Virus record (IMG/VR): IMGVR_UViG_3300039074_000056
Span: 16,926-80,925 of that record
Reading direction: 5' to 3' (one strand)
DNA: 64,000 bases
From: a virus
The notes beneath the pieces are model-generated. The model saw only the letters and a program-made list of their open reading frames with translations, was not told the origin of the DNA and did no database searches. A program made the position numbers and the translations under genes. Below, piece after piece: positions 9,352 to 20,050 of this stretch (the first letter of the stretch is position 1; every line of letters starts with the position of its first letter).

Positions 9352-10107
9352 ATGGTCGACATTGTAACTATTGGTTATAGGATTCAAACAGAAGGTCTCG
9401 CTCAAGCCAATAAGGAAATTGACGGTCTACTTAAAAAGAGTGATAAGTTAAATAATACTAAGGTTTCCCCAAAGACAGATTCCAAAGGTCTTGACGATGT
9501 TGCAAGAGCTTCTGCTAAGGCCACTAAAGAATTGTCTGTCCTGCAAAAACAGAAAGAGAACTTAGAGAAAGGCTTTAACAAGTCAACTAGCCTAGCTCTT
9601 GCCCGTATGCAAGTAGCTGGTGTTCCTCCTGCCACAATAGCAAGCTATGCTAATGCAAGAAAGCAAGTGGATGAACTTTCAAACAGCATGTCGCGACTTA
9701 GAGTATCCACTCAAGGTGGTTTAAGTTTAATCTCTGGTCTTGGTATTGGTCTTGGTACGGCGGTCTTTGGACAACTTGCCGTTGGTGTTGGTAAGTTAGC
9801 TGACAGCATGACGCTTCTTCAAGCCCGTATTAAGCTCGTCACACCAGTTACAGAAAACCTTAACGCTGTACAGCAAAGGTTGGTTGATACAGCCATTGCA
9901 ACAAGAACAGACCTCACCTCAACAATTACATTGTATAATCGACTTCAGCCAGCATTGTCTCGCTACGGTAAGACAACCTCGGAGGTACTGGATATTACAG
10001 AAGCATTTGGTAGAACACTTCTACTATCAGGTGCGAATACGCGAGAAGCAAGTGCTGCAATCCTACAGTTCTCTCAGGCTATGGGTAGCGGTAAACTTGC
10101 AGGTGAT
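9352..10107 (+). CDS. Tape measure protein, exon 1
   Basis: Tape-measure N-terminal domain (LLLSGA...AAILQFSQAMGSGKLAGD) cut in mid-motif; GAGG RBS before ATG 9352. Confidence 0.9.
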
Positions 10108-10360
10108 AGATAAATTTGTCACCCTACGGAGTAATTCGTAGCACAAACACTACCTAAAACGGGAAACTCCTTCAGGACAATCCGTTGCTAAATATAGAGC
10201 TAAAGCTCTATTAAATGCCCAACGACTAGCCGCAAGGCGTACACTCAAGTGAGTGGAAATGGTAGTCTCCCTTACGGGATGAAGATATAGTCTCATCTGC
10301 ATGGCAACATGCAGCAGCTTAATTGCGGCATAAGCCTAACGACCTTATGTGAAGATAAAG
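10108..10360 (+). ncRNA. Group I self-splicing intron (IA2-like), 253 nt, no internal ORF
   Basis: P1 GGUGAU/GUCACC with a U-G pair at the 5' splice site; P7 GACUA/UAGUC within AAGAUAUAGUC; P3, P4, P7.1, P7.2, P8 and P9 helices; terminal G at 10360; removal restores the frame. Confidence 0.93.
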
Positions 10361-13300
10361 GAATTTAGATCGGTAGCAGAAGCTGCACCAGCCTTGCTAG
10401 ATGCCTTAGCTAAAGGCGGTAATGTTGCTCGTGACTCACTAAAGAAAATGTCACAAGATGGTTTGTTGACAACAAAGTTCGTAGCTGATGCTTTGCAAAA
10501 GAGTATGCTTGATTTAATCGTTGCAACAGAAGGCATCCCAAAAACTGTTGGACAGGCATTTCAGAACTTGTCAACAGGCTTTCAATTTTTTATCGGGGAA
10601 CTGAATAAAACATACGGAATTACAGAAGGTCTTTCAGGTATTATCTCAGAACTAGCCTCTGGTATGGTTGGACTTGGTAAGTCACTTCAAGATGGCAAGT
10701 TTCAGGAAGTTACCAATAATCTGTTAATTATGACAGGTGTTATTGGTGGTGCTGCTACTGCATTTTACATTATGGATGCCGCTAACAAATCCGCTAATGT
10801 TAGTTTGTTAGAATATGTAAAGAACCTAAGAATTGCCACAGGCGCTCAAGCCTTGTTTAACATTGTTGCAGCAGCTAACCCTTATGTAATTCTAGCTGCA
10901 ACAATCATCGGTGTTGCAACAGCCCTCTACTCGATGCGTAATGCTACAGTGGAAGTTGGTGGCACTACTGTGAGCATTGGCTCGCTAATTGTTTCTACTT
11001 TTGAGTCTTTGAAAGAGCGTGTTGGAAGTGCCTTTATATTTATAACAGAATCTTACAAAAAGATTACCAAAGGACTGCAAGACGCTTTTGTTGGAATCTT
11101 TAATTTCCTTAAAGACACTATTGCAGGAAAGATTCTTGGTGCTTTGGTAGATGCTTTTACTAACACCCTGAAAGCTCTCGGACAAATTGGCATAAGATTC
11201 GCTAAGGCACTTGGTCTTGATAAGCTAACTGAGCAATTCAATGCTTTCGTATCTGATCTTGGGCAAGATATTGTCATTGGTGCAGTAGTAAGAGATAGCA
11301 AAGGCGCGAAGCCTGAAGCAGTTAATCCATTTTTGGGGGGTGGTGGCACAGCTACCGTAGTTGAAACCGAAGCCACTAAAAAGCTCCGCGAAGAAAGAGA
11401 ACGCCTTGCAGAACAGAACGCTGAGTTTCGCAAGAATTACTTAGCAGAAACTGCACTACTCCAAAGTGTTAATGATTTAATTGCACAGGGTTTGCCACTG
11501 AAAGAGGCTGAATTAGAAGCACAGAAGTTAGTTGACACTCAGAAGGCAATTTCTGCTGGACTAACTCAACTTCAAATTGACAAGCAATACGCTTTGCGTG
11601 ATGCTATTAAAGCAACTGCCGATGCTGAAAAAGCTCGCGAAGATCAAAAGAAATATCAAGATTCTGTTGATAAAGACTTTGCTAAAAACCAAGAAGCTTT
11701 TCTTAAACCAGAAGAGCTTAAAATTGGTGATTTGTTTGGTGATGCAAGCAAGGGTGCTGGCGCTTTAATCAATGCTTTTCAGGACATTAATAAACAGCAA
11801 GAGGCTTATAACGAACTTCTAGCTGACGCTGTTGTCAACAACAGAGATGTTACTGACATTGAAAAGCAAAGAGCTAAGAACGAACTCCGTAACATTGGCA
11901 ATATCCTCGGAGCTACTAAAGGATTCTTCAAAGAGAAGAGTGCTGGATACAAGGTATTGTCTGCTGCTGAAAAAGCCTACAAAGCTTTTGAGTTGGCATC
12001 TACAATCAAGAATTTTGCTATTGAGAAGGGACTGACGCTAGAAACTATTGGCATTAAGCTTTCTGGGTATGCCCAGACCGCTATTGCCGCTGTCTCAAGT
12101 GCAGGCACATCTATTGCGGCATTGCTTGGTATTGGCGCTACTGCCGGTGCTGTTGCTCCCGTAACAGCCGCTGCCGGAACACCCGGCCCTGCTGCGTTTG
12201 TTGCATTCGCTGCGATGGCTGCGCTTGTGGCTGCCGCCGGATTTGGCGGCTCAAAAACAAAAGGTTCTTTCGCGCCAACTAACGAAGGTACAGGTACAGT
12301 CTTTGGTGACAAGTCTGCTAAATCTGAAAGCATTAAACGCTCTATTGATTTGCTTGCTGAGAACTCTAAAATAGAGTTACCAATCACTTCTGCAATGCTG
12401 AGAAGCTTGCAGAATATTGAGTCTAATATTGGTGGTTTGACTAACCTTGTTATTCGTAAGGGGGCTGGCGAAGACCTAGCAAAAACCGTAAGCACAGGCT
12501 TCAAAGAAAGTGGACTAGGCAAGGGACTTCGCACCGCTGTAGGTATCGTAACTCTTGGAGCATCGGAGTTACTTGGTATTGGAAAGTTAATTGGTGGACT
12601 ATTTGGAACTAAAATTTCTATTAAAGGCCAAGGTCTCTTAGGTGAAGCGCAAAATCTATCCTCTATTACTTCGGAAGGTTTTAATCTTAGAGAATATGTA
12701 GATATAAACAAGAAGAAAAAATCTTTTGGTTTTACTACATCTAATAAGAACTCTACGAGAACCTCAGCAGCTTCCGATGAATTGGAAAGACAGTTTACCT
12801 TAATTTTTACTGGCTTTTACGATGCTATCAAACTGGCAGCCGTTCCCCTAGGTCAAAACCTAAATGATGTTACCTCTCGCCTAGACAACTTTGTTGTTAA
12901 GATCGGCAAGATTAACCTAAAAGGCTTAAAGGGTGAAGAAATCCAAGAGAAGTTAGAGGCTGTGTTTGGCGCTGCTGCTGATAGTATTGCACAAGCAGCT
13001 ATTCCGGGCTTAGAAGACTTCCAGAAAGTGGGTGAAGGGTATTTTGAAACTGTAGTTAGAGTATCTTCGGGCATTGAACAAGCAGCACAGGCTCTTGATT
13101 TGTTTGGTGTTACGGCAGTCAACTTCAAAGACATTATCTTAAAACAAGGTGATGTTGGAGCTGAAATTGTTAGACAATCCTTAGTTCTTGCCAACGGAGT
13201 TAGCGGAGTTTCTGAAATACTTAGCATTGCTTCAGTTGATAGTGTAGATGCTATTGTGGAGCTTGCTACTCAGTTGTACTCTCTTCGTGACAATGTTATT

Positions 13301-14260
13301 GCTATTGGCAATGGTTTTGCTGATGTAACTATTAGCTTGATTAAAGGAGCTGGTGGAGTAGATAGACTGCAAGATGGTCTTGATACTTTCTTTAACGATT
13401 TCCTTGATTCTCAAGAGCAAACAGCCGAGCTTACCCGTCGTACTACGCGAGAGTTTGCAAAACTTGGTTTGGCACTGCCTGCAAGCAAAGAAGCTTTTAA
13501 GACTCTTGTTCAAGGTATTGACACCACAACAAGCTCTGGTCAAGAGTTACTTGGCAGCGTACTTGCGTTGTCACCAGCTTTCCTTGAAATGAGTAGCGCA
13601 GCAGAAGACGCTGGCAGTAGCTTAACTGATGCCGCCAGAAGCCTTTACGAAACTATTAGAGATGCTAGGGTTGAGTCGTTAGTACCTACACAGCAACTAG
13701 ATGTATTGCTATCTGAGTACCAGAGCGCAGTGAATCTAGCAACACAATCAACAGGACAAAATCTTGCTGATAATGCTGGCGTGGTGAATAACTTAATCAA
13801 ACCGCTCCTTGATTCTATCAAGAGTGTGTTTGCTAGTGGCCCTGAAGCACAGCGTTTGATTGATAGCGTCCTTGGGCAAGCTAAGAATGTAGCTGATAAA
13901 GCTGCTAACGAAGCTTTCACTTATCAGGATGAGTCTCTGCGTCTGCTACAAGCTCAAGTCAACGAGCTAGAGGCTATTCGTTCGGCACTGAGCATTGGTG
14001 TGTTTACTCCTGTAAATCTTGGTACGGCAAGTAATGTTGTTCCTATTACAACAGGAAATACAGGTAGCTTAAATGTTAGTGTTCAGAGCACGACAGACAA
14101 TACAGCTATCATCACTGCTCTAACAGAAAGCAATGCTCACGCAGCAGCTCTTGTTAGATTGCAACAAGCAGCTAACCAACAAATCATTGCCAAACTTACA
14201 GAAATGGAAGAAAGGCTTGATGGTTTGGAGTCATCTGCAAGCTTGGCAGCATCTGCCTAA
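10361..14260 (+). CDS. Tape measure protein, exon 2 (spliced product about 1551 aa)
   Basis: EFRSVAEAAP continues the tape-measure motif; long Ala/Gly-rich helical protein with ANP motif. Confidence 0.9.
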   Translation, partial: EFRSVAEAAPALLDALAKGGNVARDSLKKMSQDGLLTTKFVADALQKSMLDLIVATEGIPKTVGQAFQNLSTGFQFFIGELNKTYGITEGLSGIISELASGMVGLGKSLQDGKFQEVTNNLLIMTGVIGGAATAFYIMDAANKSANVSLLEYVKNLRIATGAQALFNIVAAANPYVILAATIIGVATALYSMRNATVEVGGTTVSIGSLIVSTFESLKERVGSAFIFITESYKKITKGLQDAFVGIFNFLKDTIAGKILGALVDAFTNTLKALGQIGIRFAKALGLDKLTEQFNAFVSDLGQDIVIGAVVRDSKGAKPEAVNPFLGGGGTATVVETEATKKLREERERLAEQNAEFRKNYLAETALLQSVNDLIAQGLPLKEAELEAQKLVDTQKAISAGLTQLQIDKQYALRDAIKATADAEKAREDQKKYQDSVDKDFAKNQEAFLKPEELKIGDLFGDASKGAGALINAFQDINKQQEAYNELLADAVVNNRDVTDIEKQRAKNELRNIGNILGATKGFFKEKSAGYKVLSAAEKAYKAFELASTIKNFAIEKGLTLETIGIKLSGYAQTAIAAVSSAGTSIAALLGIGATAGAVAPVTAAAGTPGPAAFVAFAAMAALVAAAGFGGSKTKGSFAPTNEGTGTVFGDKSAKSESIKRSIDLLAENSKIELPITSAMLRSLQNIESNIGGLTNLVIRKGAGEDLAKTVSTGFKESGLGKGLRTAVGIVTLGASELLGIGKLIGGLFGTKISIKGQGLLGEAQNLSSITSEGFNLREYVDINKKKKSFGFTTSNKNSTRTSAASDELERQFTLIFTGFYDAIKLAAVPLGQNLNDVTSRLDNFVVKIGKINLKGLKGEEIQEKLEAVFGAAADSIAQAAIPGLEDFQKVGEGYFETVVRVSSGIEQAAQALDLFGVTAVNFKDIILKQGDVGAEIVRQSLVLANGVSGVSEILSIASVDSVDAIVELATQLYSLRDNVIAIGNGFADVTISLIKGAGGVDRLQDGLDTFFNDFLDSQEQTAELTRRTTREFAKLGLALPASKEAFKTLVQGIDTTTSSGQELLGSVLALSPAFLEMSSAAEDAGSSLTDAARSLYETIRDARVESLVPTQQLDVLLSEYQSAVNLATQSTGQNLADNAGVVNNLIKPLLDSIKSVFASGPEAQRLIDSVLGQAKNVADKAANEAFTYQDESLRLLQAQVNELEAIRSALSIGVFTPVNLGTASNVVPITTGNTGSLNVSVQSTTDNTAIITALTESNAHAAALVRLQQAANQQIIAKLTEMEERLDGLESSASLAASA

Positions 14261-14262
14261 TT

Positions 14263-14296
14263 AATAGGGAATCTCCGGATTCCCTGTTATTCTTTT
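14263..14296 (+). terminator. Rho-independent terminator
   Basis: AATAGGGAATC-tccg-GATTCCCTGTT followed by ATTCTTTT. Confidence 0.75.
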
Positions 14297-14347
14297 AACA
14301 AATAGGTATTTAATAAATTAAAAGTACCTCTCTCTTAGGAGAATAAT

Positions 14348-16015
14348 ATGGCTTTACAAAGAATTTGGTTAATGGAGATTGAAGCTCTTAATGAGTTTGA
14401 TGAACCAGTAGAACTTACATTCTCTTCAGGTGAGTATATTTCGCCAGAAGGGATTTATTACGATAACAGAATTAAACAACCTGCCCTCTATACATCATCG
14501 GCTTTTGCAGGTGATTTAGTTAAGAGTGGCAGTCGTTCAGCTTACGGCGAAGCTGTTTTAGTAAACCCAGACGGTGAATTAGATTATCTTGTGGATTATA
14601 GCCTAGATGGTAGAGGGCTAACAATTTCACTGAGAGATGAGTTTGGTAACATAACACCTATTATTTTTGGTACAGTAAATAACTTAACTTTCTCTGATAC
14701 AACAATTTCTATTAGACTGCGTGACCCACAGGAAATCTTAAACTTAGATGACCCTGAAGAATACTACTTAGGCAACAATATCCTACCTAATGGAGTAGAG
14801 GGCGTTGAGACAGATATTCAAGGAAAGATTAAGCCTAAAGTATTTGGTATGGTGAGGAACGCTGACCCCTACTTAGTCAACACAGCCCAATTAGTTTATC
14901 AAGTGCAATCGCTGCCAATTAACACCAATATTACGGCAGTATATGACAGGGGCGTACTAATACTTCACCACACAGAATACCCCAGTCTTTCTGCACTATT
15001 AGCTGACAATATACCTAGTGGAAAATACGGGGCATACCAAGGATACTTTAAGTTAGGCAGTAATCCTGCTGGCGAAGTAACTTGTGATGTAGATACTGAT
15101 GTTAGTTTAGCAGGAGAGGTGTTTTCCTACTTAGCTTCACGACAAGGATATGCTACTACGATAGAGAGTATTGCTGAGCTTAACACCCTTGGTGAAGTAG
15201 GAATCTACCTAAAAGATAAAAAGAAAACATCGGAAATGCTGGATAGTATCGCCAAGAGTATTGGTGGTTATTGGGTTATTAATGCCGATGGCAGTCTATC
15301 TGCTTTACAGCTAAAGCCACCAACAAATGTTCCAGATATTAGTATTTTTGATTACCAGATTCTCAACATAAATAGAACAGCGTCGGGAAGCGGCGGCAAT
15401 GGACTTCCTGTTAGCAGTGTCACTGTTAAAAGCGACAAGGTGGAGAAAGTTCAAACAGATCTAGCAGGCAGCGTTTCAGCAGACAGAAAGGCTAGATTGG
15501 CAGAGCAATTTCGACTAAACACAGATACCTTAGATTATGTAAAACAAAGACATCCTCTTTCTGAAGACTTAGTTATTGAAACCGTCCTAAGAAACGCCGA
15601 GACAGGTTTTTTCTTAGCCAATAGGCTGACAAGACTTCTTTCAAGGCGGAGAGATACTGTACAAGTAGAGGTTAGATTAGATGAGACAATTACTCCTAAC
15701 ATTGTAATTGGAAACACCGTCTATCTAGAGTCAATCAAGCTTGGATACTCTTCAGGAGGCTACTTCACTATTCTTGGTTTTACCCTAGACGCTAGGCTAT
15801 CTAAAGCTACATTATTCTTGTGGGGTAACTCAAGTATATTTGGTGGCTTTGACCTTCTAGTTGGAGATGGTATACAAACACTACTGGTTGATGGAAACCA
15901 ATTTGGATTAAGAACAGAAGTACCTATTACTCACAGTGGTAATCATGTACTATACGATTATTTATCTCCTTTAGCAATCAATGAGCTTGGAGAATACTTG
16001 AGAACTAAATTATGA
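14348..16015 (+). CDS. Tail tip / hub protein
   Basis: Follows tape measure; G..KP.VFG.V.N..P.LVN and VYDRGV motifs. Confidence 0.7.
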   Translation: MALQRIWLMEIEALNEFDEPVELTFSSGEYISPEGIYYDNRIKQPALYTSSAFAGDLVKSGSRSAYGEAVLVNPDGELDYLVDYSLDGRGLTISLRDEFGNITPIIFGTVNNLTFSDTTISIRLRDPQEILNLDDPEEYYLGNNILPNGVEGVETDIQGKIKPKVFGMVRNADPYLVNTAQLVYQVQSLPINTNITAVYDRGVLILHHTEYPSLSALLADNIPSGKYGAYQGYFKLGSNPAGEVTCDVDTDVSLAGEVFSYLASRQGYATTIESIAELNTLGEVGIYLKDKKKTSEMLDSIAKSIGGYWVINADGSLSALQLKPPTNVPDISIFDYQILNINRTASGSGGNGLPVSSVTVKSDKVEKVQTDLAGSVSADRKARLAEQFRLNTDTLDYVKQRHPLSEDLVIETVLRNAETGFFLANRLTRLLSRRRDTVQVEVRLDETITPNIVIGNTVYLESIKLGYSSGGYFTILGFTLDARLSKATLFLWGNSSIFGGFDLLVGDGIQTLLVDGNQFGLRTEVPITHSGNHVLYDYLSPLAINELGEYLRTKL

Positions 16016-16575
16016 CGGATAAATATGTAAATCAATTAGCTCCGGCTGCACTGCCTATTATCGACTCGGACTATATTCTTGTTTCACGAGATGGTATTGT
16101 ATTAAACCAAACACCAGCGACTAGCATTAAAGACCATGTTCGTTCTGTGTACTACAGCCTAGCTGCCGTAACTAACAACAGCAACACCACATTAGCTAAC
16201 TTAACAGAACTTCAATTTCCTGTCGTGGCAGGTAAAAATTACTTCTTTAATTACACCATTCGCTATCAAACAGCAGCAACAACAACGGGTATCGTATTCA
16301 CAGCAGCAGCACCTGCTGGTATTTTATCTGGGATGTTTCATGCGGTTGTTGCTGCGGATGGTACAGCAGGTGGCTTCCAAGGCTCTATTACCACCCCCGG
16401 CTATTTGGTAAGTACAACTACTGTTGCAGCAGCTAACACAGACACTGTTGCTATCTTTACGGGTATTTATAACTGCACAACAACTGGCACCTTCACCCCT
16501 CAGTTTAGGTCAAGTGCCAACGGAAGTAATGTGGTTGTGGGTATTGGCAGCGCAGGGCTTGTAATTAGCAGCTAA
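16012..16575 (+). CDS. Small tail-associated protein with a KxVNQL-type N-terminus
   Basis: Overlaps the upstream stop; N-terminus similar to 22595-24826; beta-rich C-terminal domain. Confidence 0.6.
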   Translation: MTDKYVNQLAPAALPIIDSDYILVSRDGIVLNQTPATSIKDHVRSVYYSLAAVTNNSNTTLANLTELQFPVVAGKNYFFNYTIRYQTAATTTGIVFTAAAPAGILSGMFHAVVAADGTAGGFQGSITTPGYLVSTTTVAAANTDTVAIFTGIYNCTTTGTFTPQFRSSANGSNVVVGIGSAGLVISS

Positions 16576-16588
16576 CAGGGGATTCTAA

Positions 16589-17449
16589 ATGGCAAATGTA
16601 TTATTAGCTTGGCCTAATAGAATTGAAAAAGCTACATCTCTTACAGGTGGAAGTTATTTAGAGACATTACCACTAGCTAATGCTTCAAACAGAGTATTAG
16701 CTAAGAAAGCACGAACAACTGACACGCTGGAATCAAGTACAAGATTTGAGTGCACATTTAACGAAGGTCGTCCAGTGAATGTTGTAGCTATAGCTGCACA
16801 CAATTTAACAACGCAAGCAATGTGGCGAATTAGGTTGTATGCTGAATCAGCCAAGATTACTCTGGTTTACGACAGCGGAGAAATCCCTGTCTGGCCTGCT
16901 ATCTTCAACACAAGCGATCTTGAGTGGGAATATAATAACTGGTGGGAAGGTACTATTAGTGACGACGAAAGGACTAACTATACGCCACTAGCATCAAACA
17001 TAAGTACAAATCTTAATATTGCGCTTTCAATGGTTGTTGACATATTTGACTCCTCTAACCCAGATGGATATATCGAGTTTGGTAGAATCTTTATTGGAGA
17101 GTCCTTCCAGCCGACTATTAATATGAGGTATGGCGCACAGCTTGGCTATGAAGAAAACACGAATATTGAGTTAACACTTAGCAATAATGAATACTTTGAT
17201 GTAAAAACTCCTCGCCGCACCGCATCGTTTCAGCTTGATGGCTTATCTAAGGACGAGGCATTCACAAAAACTTATGTAATGCAAAGACAACAAGGAATCC
17301 ATTCAGAAGTATTCTTTTGCTATGACCCCGATATTGACCAAACAATGTATCTCAGGACATTCTTGGGCAGGTTAAAAAGCATTGACCCAATCTCTCAGCC
17401 TTATGTTGACAGGTATGAAACTTCATTCAATTTAATTGAAATATTATAA
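16589..17449 (+). CDS. Minor tail protein
   Basis: HNLT...NPDGYIEFGRIFIG...P.IN..YG motif; within the tail operon. Confidence 0.7.
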   Translation: MANVLLAWPNRIEKATSLTGGSYLETLPLANASNRVLAKKARTTDTLESSTRFECTFNEGRPVNVVAIAAHNLTTQAMWRIRLYAESAKITLVYDSGEIPVWPAIFNTSDLEWEYNNWWEGTISDDERTNYTPLASNISTNLNIALSMVVDIFDSSNPDGYIEFGRIFIGESFQPTINMRYGAQLGYEENTNIELTLSNNEYFDVKTPRRTASFQLDGLSKDEAFTKTYVMQRQQGIHSEVFFCYDPDIDQTMYLRTFLGRLKSIDPISQPYVDRYETSFNLIEIL

Positions 17450-17460
17450 GGAGCTGCTAT

Positions 17461-18819
17461 ATGAGTAGCGTGACATTTAGAGACGGTTTTACCGTTGACG
17501 ATAGTGCCGGTGCAAACGGTCTTGCGGGGGGAGGTCATCGTGTTAGATTTGTTCCAGCACTGTCTCATGCAGTAGACACGGCACTAGAATCTAAAAACTG
17601 GGCATCCCTAACAGGTGCTATTGTTTTTGATGGCGAGTATTCTGCCAAAGAATATGCCGTAGGCAACCTAACCACACAAACAGGTGGTAGTGCAAAAGCT
17701 TGGGCTATTGATAGCGATAGCGTCACCGTAGATGGTAGTGACTACTCTGCTCGCGCTCATGCTATTGGTACGGTTATCCCTAGCGGTAGCGCCAAGGATT
17801 GGGCTATTAAAGATGACAGTGGCCTTGTGTCTACAATAGATTACTCTGCTAAAGCATATGCCATTGGCACATCAATCCCAACAGGAAGTGCTAAGGACTG
17901 GGCAGTAGGCACAAGAAACATTGGTGGCTTGCTTTCTGCTCGTGTTTATGCTGATAGTGCAAGCTCTTCCGCTCTTTCTGCGCTTAATGCGCCGGGAACT
18001 ACAGCTACATCTACAACAAGTAACAGCATCCCTACTACATTCCCTGATACAAGAACTTTTGTTATCCAGACAGGTAAAACAATTGTAGTTGGTATGTTTA
18101 TGATTGCTGCAAGCACGGCATCACCAGCTAACTACATGATTGGACAAGTTACTGCCTATAACTCAGGTACTGGCTCGCTAACCCTAAGCGTTGCTGAGGT
18201 TACTCAAACAGGCGGCACAGGTACTTTTGCTGCTTGGTCAATCTCTCTTACTGCACTGGCCAATGTCGCTGGTGCGGCAACTTTAGCTGGTAATAACAGC
18301 CTTAGCGGTCAAAACACCTTTAACAATGCCACTGCACCAATTATTACAGCAAAGCTTGGGCCAAGTTCTACGCAGCAACACGCACTACCTGTTGTGGCTT
18401 CCGATACAGTCGCATTACTAGATGCTACACAGACAATAGTAAACAAGACAATTAATAACTCTGTTGTTAACGCTACAAGCCTCTCTTACTCAGGGGAAGG
18501 TACGACTACAAGCGTTTCTGCTTTTCAAGTTCCGGTAGGCACAACAGCTCAACGACCAACAGCAGCAAACGGTAAGATTCGTTTCAACACTACACTAAAT
18601 GAGTACGAAGGATACAACGCAACCACAGGATTGTGGTCGGCACTAGGTGGTGGAGCTGGGGGTGGCGGTACTGATAAGATTTTTTATAAGAACGACCAGA
18701 CCGTAAATACGAGCTATACAGTAGTCACAGGCGAGAACGCGATGTCTGCTGGGCCGATTACAATTGCCAATGGCGTAACAGTTACCGTACAGAACGGTGC
18801 AAGATGGGTGGTAGTATAA
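17461..18819 (+). CDS. Tail fibre protein
   Basis: About 8 SAK(D/A/E)(W/Y)A repeats; PVGTTAQRP...IRFNTT...EGY motif; C-terminal NAMSAGPITI...WVVV domain. Confidence 0.85.
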   Translation: MSSVTFRDGFTVDDSAGANGLAGGGHRVRFVPALSHAVDTALESKNWASLTGAIVFDGEYSAKEYAVGNLTTQTGGSAKAWAIDSDSVTVDGSDYSARAHAIGTVIPSGSAKDWAIKDDSGLVSTIDYSAKAYAIGTSIPTGSAKDWAVGTRNIGGLLSARVYADSASSSALSALNAPGTTATSTTSNSIPTTFPDTRTFVIQTGKTIVVGMFMIAASTASPANYMIGQVTAYNSGTGSLTLSVAEVTQTGGTGTFAAWSISLTALANVAGAATLAGNNSLSGQNTFNNATAPIITAKLGPSSTQQHALPVVASDTVALLDATQTIVNKTINNSVVNATSLSYSGEGTTTSVSAFQVPVGTTAQRPTAANGKIRFNTTLNEYEGYNATTGLWSALGGGAGGGGTDKIFYKNDQTVNTSYTVVTGENAMSAGPITIANGVTVTVQNGARWVVV

Positions 18820-18820
18820 T

Positions 18821-19231
18821 ATGAGTACAATTTCAGTAAGTACCGTAGTAGCAAGTGATGTTACTGCGGGTACATTAAGAAGTACAGATGCAAATCCTCC
18901 GGTTATTAGAAATAACGCTGGAGTTGAAATTGGGACGCTGTGTCGGGCTTGGGTTAATTTTGATGGTGCGAATGGTACACGAAGATCAAACCATAATGTA
19001 TCTAGCGTAACTAGGGTTGGTGTTGGAGATTATGTTGTAAATTTCGCTACGCCAATGCCAGATGCTTTATATACAGTAGTAGGGGCCGCTGATTATTTAC
19101 AAAATGTTAGAGCGCCGCTGTACTTCCAGAAAAATACAGCTAATACCTCTACCCAAGCTTTTGTAGAAATTAGAGATGTTAATACTCAATTTAGAGATGC
19201 GTCGGCGGTATTTCTAAACTTCTTCAGATAA
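18821..19231 (+). CDS. Small tail-fibre tip protein (CRAWVNFDG type)
   Basis: CRAWVNFDG...NVSSVTR...G.Y.VNF...MPDA motif. Confidence 0.7.
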   Translation: MSTISVSTVVASDVTAGTLRSTDANPPVIRNNAGVEIGTLCRAWVNFDGANGTRRSNHNVSSVTRVGVGDYVVNFATPMPDALYTVVGAADYLQNVRAPLYFQKNTANTSTQAFVEIRDVNTQFRDASAVFLNFFR

Positions 19232-19245
19232 TAAGGTAATCCAAA

Positions 19246-19491
19246 ATGAAAATCATTTATCCAAACCAAGATAACACAATCGCTATTCTCATGCCATGCG
19301 AATGTGGCTTAACAATCAAAGAAATCGCCATGAAGGATGTTCCTGCTGGTGTTCCATATATCATCTGCGAAGACTCTGATCTTCCCTCTGATTGGTCTAC
19401 ATCTGCTGCATGGGAAGTAGATTTCAGTAAACCCGATGGCTATGGAATTGGTGCAGAACAATTCTTTGCGTTAAGAGGAGTACAAGTATAA
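19246..19491 (+). CDS. Tail-fibre-associated small protein / chaperone
   Basis: IA.KDVPAGVPY.I...DLPSD...AW motif. Confidence 0.6.
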   Translation: MKIIYPNQDNTIAILMPCECGLTIKEIAMKDVPAGVPYIICEDSDLPSDWSTSAAWEVDFSKPDGYGIGAEQFFALRGVQV

Positions 19492-19679
19492 TGCTAGTCA
19501 GTATTAATACAGAAAAACTAAAGGCTATCCAGAACGAGAAAGCAAAAGCCGCTCGCGCTGAAGCATTTAAGAATGAGTACGACCCTTTGGTGGGTAAGCA
19601 TCTTCGTGGCGAAGTTACTCAAGAAGATTTGGTAGCTCTTGCTGAAGATATTCGTAACAGATTCCCATATCAGGAGTAA
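19491..19679 (+). CDS. Putative tail fibre assembly protein
   Basis: R..AF..E.DPL...IR.RFPY motif; translationally coupled to the upstream gene. Confidence 0.55.
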   Translation: MLVSINTEKLKAIQNEKAKAARAEAFKNEYDPLVGKHLRGEVTQEDLVALAEDIRNRFPYQE

Positions 19680-19682
19680 TAT

Positions 19683-20048
19683 ATGCCAACTGCAATTTCA
19701 GGCGATACTGGTGTAGATCAGCTTCAAGCTATTGCATTATCAGCGTTTTTTGGCGGTTCTAATCAGTCTTTGGCAACTAATGGATACCAAAAATTTCCAA
19801 ATGGCTTGATTATTCAGTGGGGTATAGCATCAACCCCTAATGACGCATATACTCGCGTCAATTTTCCAATTTCGTTCGGTACTCAATGTTACACAGCTTT
19901 AGCTAGTCCAATATATGTTGGTGCGATTGGTGGTGGTAGTGTTTTAGGTTCTCATGTTGGTTCAGTCGATAACTCTGGATTTAGTATTGGAGTGTCAGAG
20001 AATATTGCGACTATTACACAATCATATTGGATTGCCATCGGGAGATAA
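19683..20048 (+). CDS. Tail fibre gp53-like / H-type-lectin-like domain protein
   Basis: NGYQKFPNGLIIQWG...FPISF...YWIAIG motif. Confidence 0.8.
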   Translation: MPTAISGDTGVDQLQAIALSAFFGGSNQSLATNGYQKFPNGLIIQWGIASTPNDAYTRVNFPISFGTQCYTALASPIYVGAIGGGSVLGSHVGSVDNSGFSIGVSENIATITQSYWIAIGR

Positions 20049-20050
20049 TA

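Noticed and set aside
10349-10360. GTG start for a separate 1303-aa tape-measure ORF, or a simple frameshift/pseudogene explanation
   Set aside because: These bases are the 3' end of a complete group I intron fold, and splicing restores the conserved motif exactly
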